64,000 nucleotides of DNA from an uncultured Actinomycetota bacterium (GCA_963733635.1 CAVTEH010000005.1:81488-145487); one strand, 5' to 3'; counted from the first letter of the stretch, positions 51,681 to 64,000 are shown. Notes: generated by a model not told the origin, from the sequence alone. Translations and numbers: made by a program.

Positions 51681-53855
51681 TCAGCCCCCTGGCAGGAACA
51701 CGTGGAAGGACGCGCCACCACCGGCCCGCTCGTCCAGCCAGGCCCGTCCTCCGTGCAGCTCGGAGAACCGGCGGACCAGGGACAGGCCCACACCGACCCC
51801 CGGGGAATGCTCCGAGGACGAGCCCGGCGCCTGGCGGAACGGCTCGAACACGGCTTCGCGAAGGTCGGATGGCACGCCGGGACCTTCGTCTTCCACGACC
51901 AACATCATGCCGCCGTCCTTGCTGGACGCGGTGACCCAGATCCTGGTCTCGGCAGGCGTGTGCCGGATCGGCGTTCGAGAGCAGGTTCTCCAGGATGCGT
52001 TCGACCTTGGCGGCGTCGATGGACACGGTGACGTCCTCCACGTCCAGCTCGATCGCATGAGCCGCGGGGTCCTCCAGCTCATCGACCGCCCGGCGCACCA
52101 GGTCGGAGATCTCCGTGGGGCGGCGCTGGGGCGACACGATCCCTCGCTGGAGACGATCCAGGTCCAGCAGGTCGGTGAGCAGGCGTTCGAGCTTGCGTGC
52201 GTTGGTGGCGACACGGTGGACCAGGTCCAGCGCCTCCGCGCGTGGCAGCTCGAACCGTGTCTGCTCCAATGTCAGCGCCGAGCCCAGGATCGAGGTGAGT
52301 GGTGTGCGGAGATCGTGCGAGACCGCTTCCAGGAACGTGTTCTTCATCTCGTCGAGCGCCCGCAGTCGCTGCGCCGCCTCGCGTTCGCGGCGGAACGCCT
52401 CCGAATACTTCCGCTCGCTCTTGCGCAGGGCCTGTTCGGCGCGCTTGCGGCCGGTGATGTCCACCATCAGCCCACGGAGCTGACGGACCCCCTGGGCTCT
52501 GCGGACCACGTGGACCTGATCGCGGATCCAGACCGTGGTGCCCTCCGGGCTGATCACCCGGTACTCCACCGACCGATCCTCGCCCGCCTCGGTGGCTTCG
52601 CCGATGGCCTCGAGGGCCGCGGCGCGGTCGGCGGCCGCGATGTGGTCTCCCCAGCGCCGGCCCTCGTCCGTCCACCTGGTCGCCGCGGGACCCGAGCAGG
52701 TCCTCGACCCGTCCTCCCAAGAAGGTGAACGTCGCGTCGGCGTCTGCTTCCCAGAACACCGCTTGGAGGCTCTCCACCAGCTCGTGGAACCGTTCGAGCT
52801 CGGACAATCGCCGGGCGTTGCCGAGCGCCAGTGAGGTGATGTCGGCGATCCCTCTGCCGAGCCGGATGTCGCCGTCCTTGAACTCGCCCGCGGGGTCGTC
52901 GGCGATGATCACGATGGCGCCGAACCCGTCCGGCCCCCAGCGCAGCGGGCACGATGAGCGTGGGGAGCGGCCTCGTCGACGATCCAGAGGTCGCGGGGAA
53001 CCTGTTCGACCAGGTCGACCCCCAAGGCGAACGGTTCGCTCTCGCTCTGCAGCATGGCCACCGCGAGCTCGGCTGGGCACCTCACCGATCTCGGCTCGAG
53101 GCCGAAGCTTCGATTCGTCCACGGCGACGAGGCGGGCGCGCCCGGAAGTTGCCCGTCTCCACGTCGCGGATGTACGCGCCCACCGCCGCGCAGGCCACCA
53201 ACGACGGGATCGTTTCGAGCGCTTCCTGGAAGATGTCGCCCACGACGTGCTTGCTGGTGAGCACCTGCGAGAGCTCCAGCAGCGCCGCCGAGGTGCGAGC
53301 CGCCTCCCGCTCCTGGCCCAGGACCGTGGCGTTCTGGAAGGCGACGGCGGCATGCGGGGCCAGCACCTCCAGCAGCCGCTGGTCCTCGACGTCGAACTTC
53401 CCGTAGCCCAGGCTCGACAGGACGATGACGCCGATGACGCGCTCCCCGATCAGCATGGGCACCAGCAGCATCGATTCGACGATGTCGTCGGTGCCCTCGA
53501 TCTGGACCGCGAACTCGACCTCCTGCGCGTTAGGCGTGAGCAGCGAGGTGCGGTGTTCTGCGACCCAGCCCGTCATGCCCTTCGCCGATCTCGGTGACGA
53601 GCTCCTCCAGGGTCTCCTCCTCGTACTCGTGGAAGATCTCGCCCCGGAACGCGATAGGGAGCAGCGTGTGCCGTTCGGCTGGAGCAGGTACACGCGGCAG
53701 TTGTGGTAGTCGATGATCGTGCGCAGCTCGTCGGTGATGGCGGCGCCGATCTCTTCCACGCTGCTCATCGTGTTCAGGGCGGCGGCCAGGCTGTGCAGCA
53801 TGTTCAGCTGGGCAACCGAGCGGAAACCCTCGGTCGACCCTGCGGCTGCCATCAT
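51681..53855 (-). CDS. cytoplasmic GAF-GAF-PAS sensor histidine kinase (HisKA + HATPase_c), frame broken at least 4 times
   Basis: The H-box is FLEAVSHDLRTPLTSILG. Other motifs are ILENLLSNA, MMLVVEDEGPGVP and GVGVGLSLVRRFSELHGG. The PAS region is EYRVISPEGTTVWIRDQ. The GAF regions are IIDYHNCRVYLL...MLLVPMLIGERVIGVIVL. No TM is seen. Confidence 0.8.
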
Positions 53856-54095
53856 GTCGGGCCGTGACCGGATGTTGCTGATCCGCCTGTGGTTCCGACC
53901 ACCACGCGTCGCTTCCTTCCCGGCGCTGCCCCCGCCGTCCTTCGCGTCGGTGCGGCACCATCGTCTCACCCCGCGGTGGGGGCACCCTATGAAGTGTCGG
54001 CCGTTGTTCGCACGGGCTGAACGGTCTGGCGCGGAAGGTCTCAACGGTCCCTTGACGGTGCTTGCACCAGCGTCCCCCGTGGCTACGCTTGATCC

Positions 54096-54408
54096 GTGAG
54101 CAGCGTGAATACCCCCGTCGGAGCTCGCCGATCGCGAGCGACAGATCCTGGACTTCGAACGCGAGAGCTGGAAGCTGACGATCGCCAAGGAGCGCGCGAT
54201 CCGTGAGCGTTTCGGGTTCTCGGCGGCCCGATATCACCAGCTGCTCAACCGCCTCCTCGAGACGCCGCAGGCGCTCGCCTACGATCCGATGCTCGTTCGG
54301 CGGCTCCGCCGGGTGCGGGAGGTTCGGCGCCGGCGCCGCGTCGCGGGCCAGCTGGGAGTCGTGTCGGCCTGTGAGCATGCAGGCAGGGGCTTCCCCCGGC
54401 CCCAATGA
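54096..54408 (+). CDS. DUF3263-family small protein, one +1 break in C-run 54112-54116
   Basis: GTG 54096 gives MSSVNTP / SELADRERQILDFERESWKLTIAKERAIRERFGFSAARYHQLLNRLLETPQALAYDPMLVRRLRRVRE. The stop TGA is at 54406-54408. Confidence 0.7.
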
Positions 54409-54460
54409 GGATGGCTGTGGCGCCCAAGTTCCGCCCGATCGCTGAGGTAGTATCGAGCCC

Positions 54461-54996
54461 GTGAACCTGTCTCCCGCGCGTCTGGCGATCATCGTGGCGT
54501 TGGTCGTCGGAGGTGTCGCCGTCCTCATGAACGGTTTCGAGGACTCGACCGGCGCGGCCGCGGCGGACACGATCGCCGACCTCACCGGCTCGCACCCGAC
54601 CTCGTCCGCGACGACGACCTCGGCGCCGACGGAGACCCCACCGAAACCCCCGAGCCGCAGACGACGACGTACCGTTCATGGTGTTCAACGGCACGTCGAC
54701 GACCGGCCTCGGGGGCACCGTGCAGCAGAACCTCGAGGCCGAGGGATATGTCTCGCCGGAGGATGCCGACCGACGCCCTCACCAAGCCCGTGACCAAGAC
54801 CCTCGTCTACTTCCGGGGAGGAGCGGACTCGGCGCAGAACGAGTCCGAACGCCACCTACGTGGCGGAGGAGTTTCTCGGGGGCGCGGGCGTCAAGGTGCT
54901 CGGTGTGGAGTACGAGGAACGAGGTGCCTTCGAACACCCAGCTCGTGGTCATCTCGGCGAAGACTACGCGGGGCCAGGGGCGCCCGAGAGGCCTAG
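54461..54996 (+). CDS. LytR_C-domain membrane protein, frame broken about 3 times
   Basis: The TM is LAIIVALVVGGVAVLM. A Thr/Pro-rich linker is followed by VPFMVFNGTSTTGLGGTVQQNLEAEGY, KTLVYFRGG and NTQLVVI / LGEDYAG. The inferred stop TAG is at 54994-54996. Confidence 0.6.
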
Positions 54997-55414
54997 CAGC
55001 CCAGCGATTCCAGCGCGGCCTCGCGGCGCGCGCGTTGCGCTCGTCCTCACCCAGCGCCAGGACGTCCTTCACTGCGTCGGACAGGACCTCGGGTGAGAAC
55101 GGCTTGGTGAGGAACGCATCGGCACCCAGCTGAAGGCACCGTCGGTGGTCTTCCATCTGCACCTTCGCCGTGAGGACCAGGACTGGCACATCGCGCGTTC
55201 GTTCGTCGGCTCGGAGTTCGCGGAGCACCTGATAGCCATCCTGGTTGGGCAGCATCAGGTCCAGCACGATCGCGTCGGGGCGATGGGTCACGGCATCAGC
55301 GATGCCATGCTCTCCGTCCTCCGCCTCCAACACCTCGTGCCCGGCGTGCTGCAGGTTGACGCGGCAGAGCAGCAGCACATCCGGTTCGTCGTCGATGACC
55401 AGCACACGACCCAT
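54993..55414 (-). CDS. receiver-only response regulator, 3' end uncertain
   Basis: MGRVLVIDDEPDVLLL...DAIVLDLMLPNQDGYQVL...PVLVLTAKVQ...GADAFLTKPFSP. The listed ORF runs on to 54779, antisense to coding sequence. A stop at cta 54993-54995 needs one frame correction. Confidence 0.75.
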
Positions 55415-55657
55415 GTCGGTCCTGTTCGTCCTTCCGGGGAAGGGTGGATCCCCTACGTTGCCTATCGGAAGGCAACCCTCGGTCCCGTTGATACCCGGAA
55501 CCGTGGGAAGGCTGTTTGCTTGGGGGCTACGCTCGCTGACGCTCGCTGCTTGAGCCCCAAGGCCCGTTGGCTAGCCTTCGAGGTCGGGTCCCGCTTGACC
55601 CGCGCGTTGACGTGCTGGGGTCACCCCCTCCTAGGCTGGTGGGCAGGAGGTTTGCCG

Positions 55658-56132
55658 GTGCTGAAGGTTTCGCAGAAGCTCGAGTACGCGATGCGCGCCA
55701 TGATCGAGCTCGCCCAGCGTCGTGATGATGGGTCCCTGCTGCCGGCTCGCGAGATCGCCGAGCGCCAGCAGATCCCGCTCCGGTTCCTCGAACAGCAGCT
55801 CGGGGCGCTCTCCAAAGCCGGGTTGGTGGAAAGCTTCCGAGGGCGCGGGCGGTGGCTGCCGGCTGGCCAGGGCCCCCGAGGACATCACGATGGCGCAGAT
55901 CGCCGACGCGATCGAAGGTCAGATCTTCCCGATGTTCTGCCTGGAGCCCAGCGATCACACGTGTTTCGCGGACTCGAACTGTGGGCTGCAAGGCTTCTGG
56001 GCCGACGTGGCCGGCGCGGTGCAGCAGGTGTTCCAGGAGACGACGGTGGCGGACCTCGCGGCCCGCCACCGGGACATCGCCTCAGGCACGACACTCATCG
56101 CGCCCGAGCAGCTGCTGTCTCGCCTGAACTGA
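55658..56132 (+). CDS. Rrf2-family transcriptional regulator, one frame break
   Basis: GCAGGAGG precedes GTG 55658. Motifs are LKVSQKLEYAMRAMIELAQ..., LPAREIAERQQIPLRFLEQQLGALSKAGLVESFRG, then frame 55722-56132 (MAQIADAIEG...). Confidence 0.8.
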
Positions 56133-56171
56133 TCGCCGCGGGCTCCTCGCCCGATCGGCCGCTCCGTGACC

Positions 56172-56345
56172 CTAGGCCGACCAGCCCCGGGCCTTCGCAG
56201 CATCCATGCCCATGATCTTGGTGAGCTTGGTGCCACAGACCGAACACGTGCCCTGTGCGGCGGGACGCCCGTTCTTCAGCGTCACGATCTGGCCTTCGAA
56301 CTGCCGCTTCTCGCGGCACTTCATGCAGTAGGCCTCGTCGGCCAT
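56172..56345 (-). CDS. 57-aa zinc-ribbon protein (DUF5679-like)
   Basis: AGGAGG lies 7 nt before the ATG (cat 56343-56345). The product is [57 protein letters not shown] (CxxC...CxxC). It is too short for the ORF track. Confidence 0.7.
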   Translation of the reverse strand: MADEAYCMKCREKRQFEGQIVTLKNGRPAAQGTCSVCGTKLTKIMGMDAAKARGWSA

Positions 56346-56560
56346 GGGCCTGCCTCCTTTCCCTCGAGGCCGCCCGTGAAGGCGGCCTCACCCGCGATGG
56401 TGGTCCTCGCGACTCCATCTTGCAAGCACATCGCCCCAGGTCGCACGCACGGATCCGGCCCAGGGACCGACCGAGACGGCCACGCCGTGGCTCGGCACAG
56501 GCTCGGCATCCTGCGTACGATGCACCCCTCCCCACCGTGGCGACATCCTCAGGAGGATCG

Positions 56561-58523
56561 ATGGGCGAGATCGAGCAGAACATCGAGGCGTTGCTCTCCG
56601 AGGAGCGCACCTTCCCACCTCCATCGAGGTTCGCCGAGGCCGCGATCGTGTCCGATCCGGAGATCTACGCCCGGGCCAACGCCGACTTCGAGGCGTTCTG
56701 GGCCGAGCAGGCCGAGCGGCTCACGTGGTTCACGCACTGGGACTCGGTCATGGAATGGAACGCCCCCTGGGTGAAGTGGTTCTCCGGGGGCGCGCTCAAC
56801 GCTTCGTATAACTGCCTGGACCGACACGTGGAAGCCGGCGGCGGGGACAAGGTCGCGTTCCACTGGGAGGGCGAGCCGGGCGACACCCTCACCATCACGT
56901 ACCGCGATCTCCACGAACGGGTCTGCAGGCTCGCGAACGGCCTCAAGTCGATAGGGGTGGCGAAGGGCGATCGGGTCAACATCTACCTGGGCATGGTGCC
57001 GGAGCTGCCGATCGCCATGCTGGCCTGCGCGCGCATCGGCGCGGCGCACAGCGTGGTGTTCGGAGGATTCAGCGCCGAGTCGCTTCGGGACCGTATCAAC
57101 GACGCCGAAGCCAAGGTCCTGATCACGGCCGACGGGGCTTGGCGGCGGGGCGCGGTCGTCCCCTTGAAGGACAACGCCGATGAGGCCGTGGCCGACTGCC
57201 CCTCGATCGAGCACGTCATCACCGTGCAGCGCTGCGGCAACGAGCACTCCTTCGTGGCGGGTCGAGATGTCTGGTACCACGAGCTGGTGGCCGATCAGCC
57301 GGTCGAATGCGAGCCCGAGCCCATGGACGCCGAGGATCTGCTGTACCTGCTGTACACCAGCGGCACCACCGGCAAGCCGAAAGGGATCGCGCACACCACC
57401 GGTGGCTACATGACACAGGTGGCCGCCACGCACCGCATGGTCTTCGACCTGCACGAGGACGATGTGTACTGGTGCGCGGCCGACTGCGGTTGGGTGACCG
57501 GACACTCCTACATCGTCTACGGACCGCTGGCCAACCACACCACGGGCGTGATGTACGAAGGGGCGCCCGATTGGCCGGACAAGGATCGATGGTGGTCCAT
57601 CATCGAGCGATACGGCATCACGATCTTGTACACAGCTCCCACGGCGATCCGTGCGTTCATGCGTTGGGGCACTGAGCCCGTCGACCGGCACGACCTGTCC
57701 TCCCTGCGACTGCTGGGATCGGTCGGCGAACCGATCAACCCCGAGGCCTGGATCTGGTACTGGAAGGTCATCGGTGGCGAACGCTGTCCTATCGTCGATA
57801 CCTGGTGGCAGACCGAGACTGGTGCCATCCTCATCACGCCACTGCCGGGCATCACCACGCTGAAGCCCGGGTCGGCGACCAAGCCCTTCCCCGGCATCGA
57901 GGCCGACGTGGTCGATGAGAGCGGCCGAAGCGTGGGTCTGGGCGGTGGCGGATACCTGGTGCTGCGGCACCCGTGGCCGTCGATCGCGCGCACGATCTGG
58001 GGCGACCCGGACCGCTACGTCGACACGTACTTCGGCAGGTACGGACCCGAGGTCTACGTGGCCGGCGACGGCGCACGCCTGGACGATGAGGGGGACTACT
58101 GGCTGCTGGGGCGCATCGACGACGTGATGAACATCGCCGGGCCACCGCCTGTCGACCTTCGAGATCGAATCGGCGCTGGTGGACGACGAGAAGGTCGCCG
58201 AAGCGGCCGTCGTGTCGCGACCGCACGAGGTGAAGGGCGAGGGCATCGTGGCGTTCGTCACGCTCAAGAGCGGGTTCGAGGGCGACGACGCGATGCTGGC
58301 CGAGCTCCGCGAGCACGTCGCGCAGGTGATCGGACCCATCGCCAAGCCCGACAACATCATCTTCACGCCCGACCTGCCCAAGACCCGATCGGGCAAGATC
58401 ATGCGCCGGCTCCTGCGCGACGTGGCGCGCGGCAACGTACTGGGTGACGTCACCACGCTGGCCAACGCCGAGATCGTCGACGCGATCCGCGAGCAGGCCG
58501 CGTCGGGCGCCGGCGAAGAATGA
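56561..58523 (+). CDS. acs: acetyl-CoA synthetase, one +1 break at GGG 58139-58141
   Basis: AGGAGG precedes ATG 56561. Motifs are [40 protein letters not shown](H)[12 protein letters not shown] and [15 protein letters not shown]. Confidence 0.95.
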
Positions 58524-58530
58524 ACGACCG

Positions 58531-58969
58531 ATGACGGTCGAGGGCAACGTGCTCCAGGGCGAGGAAGCCGCAGTTCATCTCGGTGGCTCGGGAAGGGTCG
58601 CTGGCCACGGTGTACCCGGATGGCCGACCCCACGTGGTGCCCATCTCCACGGTGCTCGACCTCAACCGTCTGGTCTTCGCGAGTGAGCTCGACACGCGGA
58701 AGATCCGCAACATCGAAAGCAACCCGAACGTGGCGATCTGTTTCGACGAATATCACGAGGACTGGTCGCAGTTGGTACAGGTGGTGGTCCACGGCGAGGC
58801 GTACGTGCTGGACGGGGGGTTCGAGTTCGAGCGCGATCGCACGCTCCTGTACGAGAAGTTCCCCCAGTACGAGGCGCTGGCGCCGATCGAGGAGGGCTCG
58901 TCGGTGATCGTCGAGGTCCGGATCGACCGGGTCACCAGCACGTGGAGGGATCGCGAAGCGGCGGGCTAA
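58531..58969 (+). CDS. pyridoxamine 5'-phosphate oxidase-like (PPOX-class FMN/F420-binding) protein, one +1 break near 58570
   Basis: MTVEGNVLQGEEA / QFISVAREGSLATVYPDGRPHVVPIS...NPNVAICFDEY...VVVHGEA. Confidence 0.65.
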
Positions 58970-60759
58970 CGCGGGGGAGGCGGGCCTCCGTGCTCGGCGA
59001 AGAAGTCCAGCACCATCTCCATGTGGCGGACCTGGTCCTGCGCCTCGTTGGCGTGATGCCCTGCGGGATACAGGTGCACGCGGACGTCGCCGCCATGAGC
59101 GCGGATCGCGTCCACCCACGGGGTGATCCCTTCGACCGGGCACCGTGAGTCGTTCTCGCCGGCGATGATCAAGACGGGCGCCTTCACGCGGTCCGCGTAG
59201 GTCATCGGATCTCGTTCGCGATACATCTCGGGCACCTGCTCGGGGTTGCCTCCGTACATGGCGACGTCCCACGCCTGCAGCGGAGGCGCACTGGCCCAGT
59301 GCGCGGCCACGAAATCGCCCGCCGGGATCCCCGCGAAGATCGCGCGCCAGCGTTCCGGGTGCAGGCCGGCGTTGAGGCATGCGAGGCACCCGCCCCACGA
59401 CCAGCCGCTCCAGTAGACGCGCTCGGGGTCGGCGATGCCATCTACGATCACGCGGTCCAGACCGGCCAGGACATCTTCGGTCTCGGGGAAGCATGGATCG
59501 CCGATCAACGCCTCTCGGAACCGGATGCCGTACCCCGTCGAACCGCGGTAGTTGACCAGGACCACGGCATAGCCGGCGTCGATGAACGCTTGCGCTTCCA
59601 CGTCGAACCGGTCCCGCTCGTTCCATTCGGGCCCGCCGTGCACGGACATGACGGTCGGGAACGGGCCGACGCCGGCGGGCACGCCCACGAAGGCGTGGAT
59701 CGGCTGACCGTGCTGGTTCTCGAACCACAGCGCACGAAGGGGCGTGCCATCGGGCGCGGGCACGTCCGGGTTCGCCAGGACCACCCTGCCATCCGTGTCG
59801 ACGATGGTCGGTGGGTGCACCGTGTCACTGGTCTGGACCCAGATCGCGCCGCCAGGCCGGATCGCTGCTCCGTCGATGTCGCCATGTGGGTCGGCGACGA
59901 CCTCGTGGGTTTCCGAGGTGACGTCGACCCTCAGCAGCTGTGCGCTCCCTTCGTGCTCGTGGCGAACCAGCAACGCCCGTCCGTCCGGGTACCACGTCAC
60001 CGGGAACACCGCCCCGGGGAGGTCGGGCAGGGGCAGATCTCGGCGGGACCCGTCGTCGAGGTTCCACAGGCCCGGCCGCTCGAACTCACCCAACTCGCTG
60101 ACGAACGCCAACGTGTGCCCGACAGGCGACCAGACCGTCGGATCCATCGTGTCTCCGGGGTCGGCTAGGTCGGCGATCGCGTCGCCGGAGGTCCCGTCGA
60201 TGACCCTCAGGGCGTGGTGCAGGATGTCGCCGTCCTCGCTGTGCCGGATGCACAGGAGCGCGCCGTCCGCCGAGAGCCCACCGAGCCCTTCGGGCCACTC
60301 CGCGCCCACGCCGGCGGGGTTGTCGTGACGGTAGACCTCGACCGGCGCACCGCCGTCGTCGGCGAGGAAGACGCGGTAGTCGTCGTCGGTCGCCAGGCCA
60401 ACGGCCACCCGGGTGTCGACCATCGACAGACCCATCGACCACGCCTCCGGCACGCCGTGAACGAGGGGCTGGGGCTCGCCTCCGTCGAACGGCGCCGCCA
60501 CCCAGTGGCCGCGTTCGTCGCCCGTGGCATCGACCCACCACACCACCCGTCCGTCGGGAGCGACATGCACCGCTTCGACGCCCACCGGGTGATCGGTGAC
60601 CTGGCGCCACGCGCCGTTGCTGAGATCGTGCACCCAGACCTGCGAGCCGCCGCCGCGGTTGGTCACCACGGCGAGCCGCTCGGGCGCCACGTCGGCCCAC
60701 TCGGGGAACCCCAGCTCGGTCGCGGTGTAGCGAAGCTTCCAGCGGGGGATCTGCACCAT
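58966..60759 (-). CDS. S9-family serine peptidase (prolyl oligopeptidase / acylaminoacyl-peptidase-like)
   Basis: An N-terminal beta-propeller-like half is followed by the catalytic half with YWSGWSWGG (GxSxGG), ENDSRCP and PAGHH. The gene is intact. The start is taken at M32 (MVQIPRWKL), because the longer version covers CIRCE. Confidence 0.85.
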   Translation of the reverse strand: MVQIPRWKLRYTATELGFPEWADVAPERLAVVTNRGGGSQVWVHDLSNGAWRQVTDHPVGVEAVHVAPDGRVVWWVDATGDERGHWVAAPFDGGEPQPLVHGVPEAWSMGLSMVDTRVAVGLATDDDYRVFLADDGGAPVEVYRHDNPAGVGAEWPEGLGGLSADGALLCIRHSEDGDILHHALRVIDGTSGDAIADLADPGDTMDPTVWSPVGHTLAFVSELGEFERPGLWNLDDGSRRDLPLPDLPGAVFPVTWYPDGRALLVRHEHEGSAQLLRVDVTSETHEVVADPHGDIDGAAIRPGGAIWVQTSDTVHPPTIVDTDGRVVLANPDVPAPDGTPLRALWFENQHGQPIHAFVGVPAGVGPFPTVMSVHGGPEWNERDRFDVEAQAFIDAGYAVVLVNYRGSTGYGIRFREALIGDPCFPETEDVLAGLDRVIVDGIADPERVYWSGWSWGGCLACLNAGLHPERWRAIFAGIPAGDFVAAHWASAPPLQAWDVAMYGGNPEQVPEMYRERDPMTYADRVKAPVLIIAGENDSRCPVEGITPWVDAIRAHGGDVRVHLYPAGHHANEAQDQVRHMEMVLDFFAEHGGPPPPR

Positions 60760-60845
60760 GGGTCGTGGGCCTTTCGGTCGGTGGCCGAAGCCTATCGCCG
60801 GCGCGCGCCGACTTGTCACAGCCACCCGCTTTGCCGTTACAATCG

Positions 60846-62550
<1,705 letters not shown>

Positions 62551-62578
62551 TCGACGGAACCATCGCACCAACCGTTCG

Positions 62579-62602
62579 AACGGGGGCCCTCCGGGGTCCC
62601 CG
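62579..62602 (+). terminator. hairpin 29 nt after the groEL stop
   Basis: ACGGGGGCCC-TCCG-GGGTCCCCGT forms 10 bp with one G-U pair, followed by CCTCGTTT. Confidence 0.55.
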
Positions 62603-62701
62603 TCCTCGTTTGATGACCCTGACACAGAACCGCCACATGCGACGCCGAACCATCCTTCAGGTTGAACCGAAGTACGGGTGGAGCCCCTCTCTCCGAAACG
62701 A

Positions 62702-62732
62702 GAAGGCCCCGGACCCCCCGTCCGGGGTCTTC
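62702..62732. terminator. second, 13-bp hairpin between groEL and the thioesterase gene
   Basis: GAAGGCCCCGGAC-CCCCC-GTCCGGGGTCTTC. On the minus strand it is followed by CTCGTTTCGG. Confidence 0.4.
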
Positions 62733-62776
62733 TTCATGTGGGCTCCACCTTCCGACGGCGTGGCAGGATACGCCTC

Positions 62777-63187
62777 ATGCACGAGGTCACGGTCCATATC
62801 CGCTGGCGCGATATCGACAACTACGGCCATGTGAACAACGCCGTGTACCTCAACTACCTCGAGGAATGCCGCGACCGGCTGGTCGACGACTTGTTCGGGA
62901 GCGATCAGGCGTGGGATTTCGTCCTGGCGAGGGTTGCCATCGACTACCGCAGAGAGCTGACGCAGGCCGACGGTGAGCTCCGCGTGCGATGCGGGGTCAG
63001 CGGCTACGGGGCTTCGAGCATCCGGACGTGGGAGCGCATCGTGACCTCGGACGGGACGCTCGCGGCCCAGGCGGAGTCGGTCATCGTGCCCACGGACAGA
63101 GATGGTGGGGGAAGCCGACGGCTCACCGACGCGGAGCGTTCCCGACTGCGGGAGGACATCGATGCGTTCCCGTCTCCTGAGGACTGA
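62777..63187 (+). CDS. 4HBT/YbgC-like acyl-CoA thioesterase
   Basis: MHEVTVHIRWRDIDNYGHVNNAVYLNYLEECR is the hotdog-fold thioesterase signature. Confidence 0.75.
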   Translation: MHEVTVHIRWRDIDNYGHVNNAVYLNYLEECRDRLVDDLFGSDQAWDFVLARVAIDYRRELTQADGELRVRCGVSGYGASSIRTWERIVTSDGTLAAQAESVIVPTDRDGGGSRRLTDAERSRLREDIDAFPSPED

Positions 63188-63197
63188 CCGCGGGTGG

Positions 63198-63914
63198 CTA
63201 CCGCTTCGGGATGATCCTTCGGCCGTGCACGAAATGCTCGCGATACCAGCTGCCGGGCCCCACGTACATGAGTGTGACCCCGCCGACGCTCGTGGATGAG
63301 TCGAGCGCATAGTCGTTGCCGACGTACACATCCACGTGGTCCACCGTGCCATCATCGTCCCCGTCGTAGAAGGCAAGGTCCCCCGGCATCAGGCCGTTCC
63401 ACTTGATGTTGCCGATGCGCGCCATGTCCGCAGACGATCGCTGCGGCAACGACCACCCCTCGTACGGCCGGGGCGGTGAGATGTCCCATGAGCCTTCGTC
63501 GGCTCGCAGCGCCCACCACACCAGTCCCGAGCAATCGAAGCCGGGGATCGGCTGGCTTCCCAACGAGGCGGGGGCAGGGCGCTTGAACCCCCACTCGCCC
63601 GCCCAGACATAGGGGTGCCCCACGAATCGCAGGCCCCACCGAACGATGTCCCGACGCACGGGATTCATGTTCGGGAGTACCGCGTCGTCGTACTGATCGC
63701 GGACCCAATCAACGACCCAGCTCTCCAAGGTCATGGCCCGGTACAGCGAGTACGCGACCTGGGTGCGGGGCAGCGGGGTGGTGGGGAGCACGTCGTGTTC
63801 GGGACCGGAGCTGGGGTAGCGCAGGCCCAGACGCATCCCCACCAAAGTGGTGCCGAACCGGCTGGATGTGTTGAACCCCGAGCCGTCCTGCATGCGCAAT
63901 CCGCTGAGTCGCAC
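63198..63914 (-). CDS. NlpC/P60 (C40) cell-wall peptidase, N-terminus may extend toward the window end
   Basis: HPYVWAGEW...GFDCSGLVWWAL (catalytic Cys) ...GDLAFYDGDDDGTVDHVDVYVG (His). Confidence 0.75.
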   Translation of the reverse strand: MRLSGLRMQDGSGFNTSSRFGTTLVGMRLGLRYPSSGPEHDVLPTTPLPRTQVAYSLYRAMTLESWVVDWVRDQYDDAVLPNMNPVRRDIVRWGLRFVGHPYVWAGEWGFKRPAPASLGSQPIPGFDCSGLVWWALRADEGSWDISPPRPYEGWSLPQRSSADMARIGNIKWNGLMPGDLAFYDGDDDGTVDHVDVYVGNDYALDSSTSVGGVTLMYVGPGSWYREHFVHGRRIIPKR

Positions 63915-64000
63915 CGCCGTTCTTCGCAGCCCCAGTGCATGGACCAGCGCTCGGTGCAGGACACTGGTCGTGACCGGTTCGTCGGGCTTGAACCGGCCGT

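Noticed and set aside
56549-59728. A 1059-aa ORF antisense to acs. Similar giant antisense or overlapping ORFs occur at 23349-25448, 25862-28168, 17792-19405, 18912-20489 and 12793-14982.
   Set aside because: Their Arg/Pro/Gly/Ala-rich translations carry no motifs. They lie opposite or out of frame to genes with unmistakable family signatures. Stop-poor alternative frames are expected at this G+C content and are lengthened further by the frame breaks.

Overview
This is a very G+C-rich, actinobacterium-like chromosomal window. All family calls come from motifs read by eye in the supplied translations; no searches were run. Most of the window is conserved housekeeping synteny: DUF2342 Zn-protease, tilS, hpt, ftsH, HAD, J-protein, folE, folP, folB, folK, DUF2520, panC, coaX, clpC, radA, carD, PIN/TRAM, ispD, ispF, rlmB and tRNA-Thr, then later acs and a CIRCE-controlled groEL. 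Interspersed are signalling genes (three histidine kinases, two receiver-only proteins, a cNMP-binding protein, RIO and UbiB kinases, Rrf2) and secreted hydrolases (M36 protease, S9 peptidase, sulfatase, NlpC/P60). The clearest accessory stretch is a roughly 10 kb mosaic starting right after tRNA-Thr(UGU), at 34079-44152. It holds an ECF sigma factor with a coupled membrane partner, a 21-bp dyad-repeat array, an orphan kinase next to a kinase remnant, an Xis-like HTH, and an alpha/beta-hydrolase/adenylyl-cyclase fusion. It also holds three diverged direct copies of a leaderless promoter plus the 5' end of a small XRE-like HTH gene. These copies bracket two mini-modules, one of which carries an N-terminally truncated tyrosine recombinase. 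I rate this repeat and module structure and the dyad-repeat array as the most novel-looking signals. A second window-wide observation is dozens of single-base frame breaks, nearly all +1 steps and often in homopolymer runs. They hit obviously essential genes (ftsH, tilS, folP, radA, acs) and are patchily distributed. I read them as consensus insertion errors, not pseudogenes, so the boundaries of broken genes are approximate. I saw no rRNA, CRISPR array or transposase.
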